Of a stretch of DNA of 64,000 bases, positions 30,852 to 38,282 are shown one piece after another. The notes below the pieces were generated by a model. That model was given only the letters and a program-made list of their open reading frames with translations. It made no database searches and was not told the DNA's origin. The stretch is from contig CANQPT010000002.1 of NCBI GenBank assembly GCA_947625805.1, positions 36,911 through 100,910 on the forward strand. Reading direction: 5' to 3'. Position 1 is the stretch's first letter, and each line of letters opens with the position of its first letter. Origin of the DNA: an uncultured Clostridia bacterium (lineage in GTDB: Bacteria; Bacillota; Clostridia; Oscillospirales; CAG-272). Both the position numbers and the translations under genes were made by a program.

Positions 30852-32143
30852 GCGGTTATATGGTTATTTTAGTGCTTTGTACGGTCTTCGGCGCATTTTA
30901 CGCCGCCGCCGAGACCTCCTATAATTTTGCAAACGCCAACCGGATTGCCGACCGTGCGGAAGAGGGCAAGGGGTTACGATACCGTGCGGCGGATTTTGTA
31001 TTGAAACATTACGATTTTGCCCTGAGCGCAGGGCTGGTGGGTGTGAACGTCGCGCATTTCGGCATGTCGGCTTGTGCCACGGTCGCGCTCTACCGTCTTA
31101 TGACGGCGTCGATGGGCGCGGGAGCGGAACAGCTGGCGGCTTCGCTCGCCACGGTGATCACCACCGTGTTTGTGCTGGTGGTCTGCGAGATCCTGCCCAA
31201 GACCTTTGCCTCTACCCACAGCGATCTGGTGGCCGCGTGGTCGGCGCCGGTCATGGTGGTTTCCATGGTGTTGCTCAGTCCGGTCGTTTTGCTGATCAAC
31301 GGCATCGTTTGGTTGATCCGCAAGCCGTTGGGCGAGGACGCGGAACAACCGGTCACCGGAGATCAACTGGCGGCGGCGCTTGAGCAGAGCGAGCAAGAGG
31401 GCGGCATGGAAGAGGAAAAAAGCGAGCTCATCCAGTCGGCCATCGAGTTTCCGCAGACCGATATCCGGAAATTGATCGTGCCGCGCGTGGATATGCTCGC
31501 CTTTGACTTGAACGACGGAGTGGACGCGCTGATCGAGGTGGTGCGCGGGACCACCCATTCCCGCATTCCGGTCTATACGGAGACGGTCGACCGGATTACG
31601 GGGGTGTTGTACGCCAATCTCTTTTTGTGCGAACTTGCCGAGCACGGCAAGGAAAACGTCGACTTTACCCGGTGTATCAAAGAGCCGTGCTTTATCTATC
31701 CTTCCGCTTCCCTGCCCGACGCATTGGAGCAACTGCGCAAGCGCAAGGTGCATCTGGCGGTCGTGCCGGACGAATACGGCGGAACCATGGGCATCGTGAC
31801 CATGGAGGACATTCTCGAGGAGCTGGTAGGCGACATCGACGACGAGACAGACCCGGACGAGCCGGAACTCGTGCCTGTGCGCGAGGACTTGTACGAGGTC
31901 AACGGCGACTTAAGCGTCTACGACGCGCTGGAAGAGATCGGCGCCGACCGGTTGGCGGACACGCTGGACAGCGACTATACCACGGTCGGCGGCTGGGCAA
32001 TCGAGGGTTTGGACGGCTTCCCCGAGGTGGGAAAAAGTTTTGAATACCAAAACCTGCGGGTGACCGTGACCGAAATGGACGGTCTGCGGGTGACCAAGGT
32101 GCGCTTTGAAATTCTTCCGACCGAGGACGACGGGGAACAGTGA
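30848..32143 (+). CDS. CNNM/HlyC/CorC family transporter, paralogue
   Basis: ATGA overlap with the upstream paralogue; FYAAAETSYNFAN..., CBS pair, CorC_HlyC domain. Confidence 0.85.
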   Translation: MSGYMVILVLCTVFGAFYAAAETSYNFANANRIADRAEEGKGLRYRAADFVLKHYDFALSAGLVGVNVAHFGMSACATVALYRLMTASMGAGAEQLAASLATVITTVFVLVVCEILPKTFASTHSDLVAAWSAPVMVVSMVLLSPVVLLINGIVWLIRKPLGEDAEQPVTGDQLAAALEQSEQEGGMEEEKSELIQSAIEFPQTDIRKLIVPRVDMLAFDLNDGVDALIEVVRGTTHSRIPVYTETVDRITGVLYANLFLCELAEHGKENVDFTRCIKEPCFIYPSASLPDALEQLRKRKVHLAVVPDEYGGTMGIVTMEDILEELVGDIDDETDPDEPELVPVREDLYEVNGDLSVYDALEEIGADRLADTLDSDYTTVGGWAIEGLDGFPEVGKSFEYQNLRVTVTEMDGLRVTKVRFEILPTEDDGEQ

Positions 32144-32227
32144 GCGCGGTCGGCAAAAAATCCGCGCCCCGGCCGGCTTTCACCCGATTGAGTTTGAAAC
32201 CGTGAATCAATCAACGGAAGGAGTTTC

Positions 32228-32743
32228 ATGTACTACACTGCGGAATACCTCTCTCCCCTCGGAAAATTGCTGCTCGCCTGTGACGGGAAGGCTGTCACGG
32301 GGGTATGGTTTGAGGGGCAGAAATATTTCGCCCGCACGCTTGCGGGTGAGGCCGCTTGCGGCGGGCATGACCCGCTTATGATCCGTCTGCGGGACTTTCT
32401 GGATCGGTATTTTGCCGGTGAGCAACCTCCTCCCGATCTTCCGCTTGATCCTGCCGGAAGCGCATTCCAAAAGAGCGTATGGGCAAAATTATTACAAATT
32501 CCATACGGTCGGGTCACGACCTACGGTGCGATTGCAAACGCGCTCTCGGAAGAGCGCGGGGCCGCCGTGTCCGCCCGGGCGGTAGGCGGCGCGGTCGGGC
32601 GCAATCCCATCTCCATTCTCATTCCCTGTCATCGGGTGATCGGTGCGGGCGCAAAACCAACCGGCTACGCGGCGGGACTGACGGTCAAGCAGGCCCTGCT
32701 GGCGCTGGAAACACAAGGAAGGGCGGCGTGTACCGATGATTGA
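32228..32743 (+). CDS. ogt: Methylated-DNA--protein-cysteine methyltransferase
   Basis: FQKSVWAKLLQIPYGRVTTYGAIA...IPCHRVIG (PCHR active site). Confidence 0.92.
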   Translation: MYYTAEYLSPLGKLLLACDGKAVTGVWFEGQKYFARTLAGEAACGGHDPLMIRLRDFLDRYFAGEQPPPDLPLDPAGSAFQKSVWAKLLQIPYGRVTTYGAIANALSEERGAAVSARAVGGAVGRNPISILIPCHRVIGAGAKPTGYAAGLTVKQALLALETQGRAACTDD

Positions 32744-32924
32744 TCGCAAAATCGCCCGGCCGTTGAGACCTGAACGGGCGCATGGGAGAACGAAGTCCGC
32801 AGGATGACCGATCCGCGCAGGTGCATGGACGCCTTTGCCGCCTTTGAGGCGCGTACCCTGCCGCCGGATATCGCGCTGCATTTACTTTGAAAATTCACCA
32901 AATCAAAAATTTTCCCGTTCACGC

Positions 32925-32953
32925 TTTACAATGGTGCAGATTTGTGGTACAAT
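32925..32953 (+). promoter_or_regulatory. tRNA-Arg promoter
   Basis: TTTACA (32925-30), 17 nt, TGgTACAAT (-10 at 32948-53). Confidence 0.6.
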
Positions 32954-32981
32954 ATTCCTTGCGGGTATGCCCGCACAAAAT

Positions 32982-33058
32982 CTGCCCGTGGCACAGCTGG
33001 ATAGCGCGTCAGACTCCGACTCTGAAGGTCGAAGGTTCGAATCCTTTCGGGCAGGCCA
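32982..33058 (+). tRNA. tRNA-Arg (anticodon CCG)
   Basis: Hand-folded cloverleaf: acceptor CTGCCCG/CGGGCAG, anticodon arm TCAGA-CTCCGAC-TCTGA, T arm GAAGG-TTCGAAT-CCTTT, encoded CCA. Confidence 0.9.
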
Positions 33059-33061
33059 AAA

Positions 33062-33091
33062 ATCGGCAGAGCGCCAGCTCTGCCGATTTTT
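33062..33091 (+). terminator. Terminator after tRNA-Arg
   Basis: ATCGGCAGAGC-GCCA-GCTCTGCCGAT followed by a T-run. Confidence 0.8.
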
Positions 33092-33136
33092 CACTTCTTC
33101 ACTCTTCACTCAAAAATCGTTTGCCCGATCGAGCAA

Positions 33137-33255
33137 ATGATGTTGCCTTCGGCAATGATGTGGGCTTCGCCCATGATGTGTGCCTGCGGCACATGAGGGC
33201 AAACATTGCATCATATCGCCACAGGCGCAGCATCATACCGTCGCAGGCGCACGAC
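33137..33255. repeat. Hairpin-array repeat R1
   Basis: Series of 4-6 bp GC stems with 3-nt loops (TTGCC-TTC-GGCAA, TGGGC-TTC-GCCCA, TGTGCC-TGC-GGCACA, CGCC-ACA-GGCG) spaced by ATGATG/CATCAT. Shares a 35-nt identical block with R2. Confidence 0.8.
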
Positions 33256-33318
33256 CGCAACAGAATCATAAAATGTGAGCGAGCAAAAAACATTCGCTCA
33301 TATTTTGTGAAAATAGCG

Positions 33319-33347
33319 TTGATTTTCCTCAGAAAAATGTGTATAAT
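33319..33347 (+). promoter_or_regulatory. Promoter of ATPase gene 1
   Basis: TTGATT (33319-24), 17 nt, TATAAT (33342-47); preceded by the palindrome TATTTTgtgAAAATA (33301-15). Confidence 0.6.
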
Positions 33348-33378
33348 AGTTGTAGAAAGCGTTGTGGAGGTACTTTGT

Positions 33379-34740
33379 ATGTATTTGAAGAGAAAGGTTG
33401 ACGCCTTTTTAGAGGAATGGAAAGCCGATCCCGGCCGAAAACCGTTGATTGTCAAAGGAAGTCGTCAGGTTGGCAAGACGGAATCGATTCAACATTTTGC
33501 CAAGCGGCACTATGAAAGCGTCATTGAAATCAATTTTGTAAGAGATGAAAAATACAAGGGAATTATTGCAGACGGCTATGAGGCCGCAGACATTATAAAA
33601 AACATTTCGCTTCTCGATCCTTCTAAAAAGTTTATACCCGAGAAAACGTTGATTTTCTTTGACGAGATCACCGAGTTTCCGGAAATCGCCGCCTCGCTCA
33701 AATTCTTTGCAATTGATGGAAGATTTGACGTGATTTGCAGTGGATCCATGCTTGGTGTGAACTACAGGAAAATCCAAAGCAACAGCGTAGGATATAAGAA
33801 AGACTACGATATGTTTTCGATGGATTTTGAAGAGTTTTTGTGGGCAAAAGGGTATGAGGGAAAAACGGTAGAACAAATGCTTGTTCATATGCGTGAATTT
33901 CGCCCGTTCAACGCGCTGGAAATGGACGTTTATCATTCTCTCTTCCTTGACTTCAGCATTCTTGGAGGAATGCCTGCGGTAGTGGTAGAATATATTCAAA
34001 AAAACACGTTTGAGGGTTCTCTCGATACACAAAGGCAGTTGATAGCCGACTACAAGGAGGACATTCGCAAATACGCCTCCGGCATCGATCAAACAAGGAT
34101 TGTCAACATGTTCAACCGGGTCGCCCCACAGCTTGCAAGAGAAAATAAGAAGTTTCAAATATCCAAGGTCGCGCCGGGGGCAAGATTCCGCGATTATCGC
34201 GGATGTGCGGAGTGGCTTGTTGACGCCGGAATGGTCAATATCTGTTATTGTATGGATTTTCCCGAACTTCCGCTTGGAGGAAATTATAATCCCGATATAT
34301 TCAAGCTGTACTTTGCAGATACGGGACTGCTTGTTTCCATGCTTGACCAAGAATCGCAGGAAGATTTGCGCGCCAATAAAAACCTCGGGGTCTATAAAGG
34401 CGCTTTGTATGAAAACATGGTCGGAGAAGCGCTTGTAAAACAGGGATATAAACTGTTTTATTATAAGCGCGAGGATTCTGCCTTGGAGACGGATTTTTTT
34501 GTGCGATCCAAACGGTCGCTGATTCCGATTGAGGTGAAAGCCAAAGGCGGAAAAGCAAAATCCATGGCAACCTTGATCCGTTCCGACAAATACCCCGATA
34601 TTCGCTATGGCTTTAAGTTTTCCCAAAACAATATCGGGCATGACAATGGAATATACACATTTCCGTATTTCTGCGCGTTTTTATTGAAGCGATTTATGGC
34701 ATCGTTTTGCCCGGAAGAAGAGCGAGAGGACAACCGATGA
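33379..34740 (+). CDS. AAA+ ATPase of the COG1373 type (AAA_14 plus DUF4143, PD-(D/E)xK-like C-terminus)
   Basis: ORF 32887..34740 trimmed to ATG 33379 behind GGAGG (the long ORF would run through the tRNA gene). Walker A GSRQVGKT, Walker B LIFFDEI, C-terminal ETDFFV...IPIEVKAKG. Confidence 0.85.
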   Translation: MYLKRKVDAFLEEWKADPGRKPLIVKGSRQVGKTESIQHFAKRHYESVIEINFVRDEKYKGIIADGYEAADIIKNISLLDPSKKFIPEKTLIFFDEITEFPEIAASLKFFAIDGRFDVICSGSMLGVNYRKIQSNSVGYKKDYDMFSMDFEEFLWAKGYEGKTVEQMLVHMREFRPFNALEMDVYHSLFLDFSILGGMPAVVVEYIQKNTFEGSLDTQRQLIADYKEDIRKYASGIDQTRIVNMFNRVAPQLARENKKFQISKVAPGARFRDYRGCAEWLVDAGMVNICYCMDFPELPLGGNYNPDIFKLYFADTGLLVSMLDQESQEDLRANKNLGVYKGALYENMVGEALVKQGYKLFYYKREDSALETDFFVRSKRSLIPIEVKAKGGKAKSMATLIRSDKYPDIRYGFKFSQNNIGHDNGIYTFPYFCAFLLKRFMASFCPEEEREDNR

Positions 34741-34746
34741 TTTCTC

Positions 34747-34880
34747 ATGACGAGCGCCTTCGGCAATGATGTGGGCTTCGCCCATGATGTTGCCTGCGGC
34801 GTGACGAGCGCCTGCGGCAATACGGGCAAACATTGCATCATTGCGCCATAGGCGCAACATCATACCGCCGCAGGCGATAC
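34747..34880. repeat. Hairpin-array repeat R2
   Basis: GCCTTCGGCAATGATGTGGGCTTCGCCCATGATGT is identical to R1; TGCGCC-ATA-GGCGCA and ATCGCC-GCA-GGCGAT modules are shared with R3. Confidence 0.8.
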
Positions 34881-34984
34881 ATCATCGAAAGGTTCACAAC
34901 TTCCGCATCTACGGCGTGGGAGTTCAAGTCTTGCCACCAAAAAGCCGATCTTGCGCCGATGTTGAAATTTTTGGCCGGGAGGCA

Positions 34985-35013
34985 TTGACAAGCGGAACGT
35001 TTTGTGATATGAT
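34985..35013 (+). promoter_or_regulatory. tRNA-Val promoter
   Basis: TTGACA (34985-90), 17 nt, TATGAT (35008-13). Confidence 0.6.
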
Positions 35014-35027
35014 TTTATGGAATCGAT

Positions 35028-35104
35028 GGAGGCATAGCTCAGTTGGTCAGAGCGTTCGGTTCACATCCGAGAGGTCGCAGGTTCGAGCCCCGCTGTCTCC
35101 ACCA
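35028..35104 (+). tRNA. tRNA-Val (anticodon CAC)
   Basis: Acceptor GGAGGCA/TGTCTCC, anticodon arm TTCGG-TTCACAT-CCGAG, T arm GCAGG-TTCGAGC-CCCGC, encoded CCA. Confidence 0.9.
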
Positions 35105-35109
35105 GAAAA

Positions 35110-35138
35110 AGGCGAATGCGAAAGCAATCGCCTTTTTT
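35110..35138 (+). terminator. Terminator after tRNA-Val
   Basis: 10-bp stem AGGCGAATGC / GCAATCGCCT with a GAAA loop, then T6. Confidence 0.75.
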
Positions 35139-35145
35139 AATGACG

Positions 35146-35242
35146 TTTGCCCTGCGGGGCAAACGGCGCATCATTGCGCCATAGGCGCAGCATCATTCTA
35201 CCGACAGGCGCAGCATTGTATCGCCGCAGGCGATACATCATA
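35146..35242. repeat. Hairpin-array repeat R3
   Basis: TTTGCCC-TGC-GGGGCAAA, TGCGCC-ATA-GGCGCA and ATCGCC-GCA-GGCGAT separated by CATCAT; homologous to the right half of R2. Confidence 0.75.
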
Positions 35243-35367
35243 ATAAAAACCTGATGGGCACAAATCAAAAAATTGCGGAACATATTTTGAAAATATTGCT
35301 GAATAACATTGCAAAATTCTGCTGAGTATACTACAATAACGTTGAAATAAAAAAGGAGTCTTTCTTG

Positions 35368-36653
35368 ATGAGTGCAGCGGATAAGAAACGGTACAAACAA
35401 AGAGTAATCGACACGCAGATGCAGAGATATTTGAAAACCTTTGGCGCCGTCTGTGTGGAAGGACCGAAATGGTGCGGGAAAACCTGGACCTCATCGTATC
35501 ACAGCAAGAGAGAATTTTTGATTGGCGATCCGGCGGGCAGCTTTCAAAACAGACAGCTTGCACAACTGTCCCCGTCGATTGTATTGGAGGGGGAAACGCC
35601 GAGACTGATTGACGAATGGCAGGAAGCGCCTTCGATTTGGGACGCCGTTCGATATACGGTCGATCAAAGGGGGAAAAATCGCAGTTTGTACTGACCGGTT
35701 CATCTACGCCCAACGGAAAAGGCGTGCTGCACAGCGGTGCGGGCAGAATCGGAAAACTGCGCATGAGAACCATGTCTTTATACGAGTCGGGCGATTCGTC
35801 CGGGAAGGTATCTTTGGCACAGCTGTGCAGCGGGGAATTGACGCAGGCGCTGACGGGCGAGGTTGATCTGCGGGATTTGATTTATTATACGGTGCGCGGC
35901 AGATGGCCGGGAAACCTCGGCGCGCCTGTCGAGGACGCACAGATTTTGCCCGAATCGTATCTCAATGCGATTATCGACGATGACGCACAGCGAATCGACA
36001 ACATTCAATACGATAAGCACAAAATGCGGCTTTTGCTGCGTTCTCTGGCACGAAACGAAAGCACAACGGCTTCACAAAGCAAGCTGATCGGCGATATGCA
36101 GGGCTTTAATGACGAGGAGATTGACAGAAATACGGCCGCCCAATATCTTGACGTGTTTGCGCGGCTCTTCCTTTTGGATAATCAGCCCCCGTTTGCAAGC
36201 AATATCCGATCGTCTGTACGGGTAAAACAGGCTGAAAAAAGGCATTTTTGCGATCCCGCGCTCACTTGTGTGCTCTTAAAGGCGACGCCCGAACGGCTAT
36301 TGAACGATCTGAATACCTTTGGCTTTCTGTTTGAAGCAATGTGTGAGCGCGACTTAAAAATTTACGCGGAATCCTTTGACGCAAAGGTGTTTCACTATCA
36401 GGATTATCAAAACCGTGAGATCAACGCGGTCGTTGAGCTTGCGGACGGTCGATGGTGCGCGTTTGAAATCAAACCGGGCGAAAACCAAATTGACGCCGCC
36501 GCCCAAGAACTCCTTGCCATTCGATGCGATATTGCAAACCAAAAAAACGGCGTTCCGCCGTCCGTTCTTTGCGTCATATGCGGACTGAGCAACGCCGCCT
36601 ATCAGCGACCGGACGGCGTGTTTGTCCTGCCGATCACCGCGCTGAAGAATTGA
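35368..36653 (+). pseudogene. Second COG1373-type AAA+/DUF4143 ATPase, split by a 1-nt frameshift at a G5A5 run
   Basis: ORF 35365..35694 (Walker A GPKWCGKT, ...DAVRYTVDQRGK) continues in the -1 frame as ORF 35616..36653 (KSQFVLTGSSTP...CAFEIKPG). The junction is GGGGGAAAAA at 35669-35678. Confidence 0.75.
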
Positions 36654-36728
36654 ATCCGCGTTGTTTCAGAAAACGTGTTTGACGCTGTGGGGAGTGCGCG
36701 GGGATTTTGCCGGAACAGGAGGAAAGAA

Positions 36729-37103
36729 TTGAACGAAAAACCAATTAAGCGGGTGGTCGTTGCGGGAAGCAGAGACTTTAACGACTACGCGCAGGCCAAG
36801 GCATACATCGATCACTGTATTGCCGAGATACGCAAGACAAATACCATTATTATTCTGTCGGGGGGCGCGTCGGGTGCGGACGCGCTGGGAGAGCGCTATG
36901 CAAGAGAAAACGGCTTTGCGGTCGAGCTGTACCCCGCCGACTGGGACAGATACGGCAAAAGCGCCGGGCCCCGCAGGAACAAACAAATGGCACAGGCCTG
37001 CGATTACGTCATTTGTTTTTGGGACGGGCAGAGCAGAGGCACCAAGTCCATGATCGGCTATGCGAAAAAGTGCGGCAAGCCGGTCAGAATAAAAATGATC
37101 TAA
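36729..37103 (+). CDS. Stand-alone SLOG-fold protein, DUF2493 family
   Basis: ORF 36675..37103, start taken at TTG 36729 behind AGGAGG. KRVVVAGSRDF...ILSGGASGADALGERYA...ADWDRYGKSAGPRRNKQM matches my recollection of the DUF2493 pattern. Confidence 0.7.
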   Translation: MNEKPIKRVVVAGSRDFNDYAQAKAYIDHCIAEIRKTNTIIILSGGASGADALGERYARENGFAVELYPADWDRYGKSAGPRRNKQMAQACDYVICFWDGQSRGTKSMIGYAKKCGKPVRIKMI

Positions 37104-37231
37104 CCGCGCCCGTACGCAGTCGCTCGGACGGCAAACCACATGGTGTCGGGGGTTCTCTTTCTTGCCTAAGAGATTGCCGGAATTTTGCCGCGCCCGAATC
37201 TGCCCGAAGGCGGGGGTTTGCAACAAAAAAG

Positions 37232-37258
37232 CCGGGAGGACCGAACAGGTCCTCCCGG
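37232..37258. terminator. Bidirectional terminator between the SLOG gene and ftsQ
   Basis: CCGGGAGGACC-GAACA-GGTCCTCCCGG, flanked by A6 upstream and a T-rich tract downstream. Confidence 0.8.
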
Positions 37259-37268
37259 TTGGCTTTTA

Positions 37269-38276
37269 CTATGCGCCCGGGTCGTCTATGAGGGCATAGC
37301 CGCTTTCCACGTCCTCGGAGCTGACCGTGCCGGTGGCGTTTTCCGAAAACTCGTCGATCATGGCAAAGGCAAAGCGGATCTTGGAAGACAGCTCGGTCGC
37401 GTCGCCCAGCAGCACGTCAATGCGTCCGTCGTAGCGAAAGGACAGGGCATAGCGGCTGGACAGGTCGATGGAATTGATCTTGTCCGCATATTCGCCCGTC
37501 GTCAGCCGGTCGATCATCTCGTTGATATAAAGTTCGCTTGAGGGGTTGAAATAGCGAATGGGGCTTCCCACGACGGCGCCGGCGATGGGCGGCAGTTCCA
37601 GCCGCAGAAGGGCGCCGTAGTTCTCCTCCAGCGTCTGCCGCTCGGCGGGTATGCTCTCGAGCACCCGCATTTCGGGCGAGAGGATATAATACCGCCCGGC
37701 AAGTTCGGTGTAATAGCCGGGCTTGTCCTCCTCGGCAAAGATGACGACGCCGGTGGGAAGATCATAGCCCACGCGGACGTTTTTCAAATATGGATACTCG
37801 GCGCTCAGACGCGCGGCAATGCCCTCCCGGTCCACCCGGTAGAGTTGTGCGCCGACCTCGACGCCGGCGCGTGCGACCATCTCGTCCGGGTCGTAAAGGG
37901 TAATCCCCTCGCATCGCACGCTCTCCACCTTGAAGAAAAAAAACATTCCCGAAAAGACCATTCCGCCCGCCAGTGCGGTCACCAGCAGGGCGATGAAAAT
38001 GCTCCATGCGATCTTTTTGCTTCGTTTGCGGGCGCGGATCAGGTCGATGGCGGCAGTTTTCGGCAGATCAAGCTCCGGGTGCGAGGAGCGATCTACGTTG
38101 ATGGTGTCCTCGTACAGAGTGCGTTTGGCCCGCGGGCGGGCCGTATCCGTCCGCCTGACCGGCCGGGCGGCCGAACGGCGACGGGAGGATACCCGTACCT
38201 TTTGGCGGGGTACGGGTGAGGGTTTTTCCTGTTTGAATTTTTTGTTTTTTTGAAAAACCTTTAATGTGTCGCCCAT
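37269..38276 (-). CDS. ftsQ: Cell division protein FtsQ/DivIB
   Basis: Basic N-terminus, one TM, POTRA-like VESVRCEGITLYDPDEMVARAGV; last gene of the dcw cluster. Confidence 0.8.
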   Translation of the reverse strand: MGDTLKVFQKNKKFKQEKPSPVPRQKVRVSSRRRSAARPVRRTDTARPRAKRTLYEDTINVDRSSHPELDLPKTAAIDLIRARKRSKKIAWSIFIALLVTALAGGMVFSGMFFFFKVESVRCEGITLYDPDEMVARAGVEVGAQLYRVDREGIAARLSAEYPYLKNVRVGYDLPTGVVIFAEEDKPGYYTELAGRYYILSPEMRVLESIPAERQTLEENYGALLRLELPPIAGAVVGSPIRYFNPSSELYINEMIDRLTTGEYADKINSIDLSSRYALSFRYDGRIDVLLGDATELSSKIRFAFAMIDEFSENATGTVSSEDVESGYALIDDPGA

Positions 38277-38282
38277 GCTGTT

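Noticed and set aside
29538-32143. Two adjacent CNNM/CorC paralogues as a possible novel two-component transporter.
   Set aside because: Tandem CorC/HlyC-family paralogues are common. Nothing in the sequence beyond the ATGA overlap suggests unusual biology.
32760-32890. A GC-rich 28-codon ORF (MTDPRRCMDAFAAFEARTLPPDIALHLL) after ogt, possibly a gene remnant marking the island border.
   Set aside because: Too short to assign, with no RBS. It may be a pseudogene fragment, but I cannot support that without a database search.
32887-33378. The ORF track extends ATPase 1 to 617 aa starting at 32887.
   Set aside because: The extension runs straight through tRNA-Arg, its terminator and repeat R1. 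ATG 33379 has a GGAGG RBS and a consensus promoter, and gives a normal N-terminus.
34890-34945. ...GGCGTGGGAGTTCAAGTCTTGCCACCA resembles the T-arm/acceptor/CCA end of a tRNA (a possible att scar of an integrative element).
   Set aside because: With TTCAAGT as the T-loop, the flanking stems (GGGAG / CTTGC) do not pair. No D or anticodon arm can be folded upstream, and the sequence matches neither tRNA-Arg nor tRNA-Val in the window.
35660-35695. Programmed -1 ribosomal frameshift joining the two halves of ATPase gene 2.
   Set aside because: In the upstream frame the sequence (AGG GGG AAA AAT) does not form an X XXY YYZ slippery heptamer, and I saw no obvious downstream stimulatory structure. 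A 1-nt indel in the G5A5 run is the simpler explanation.
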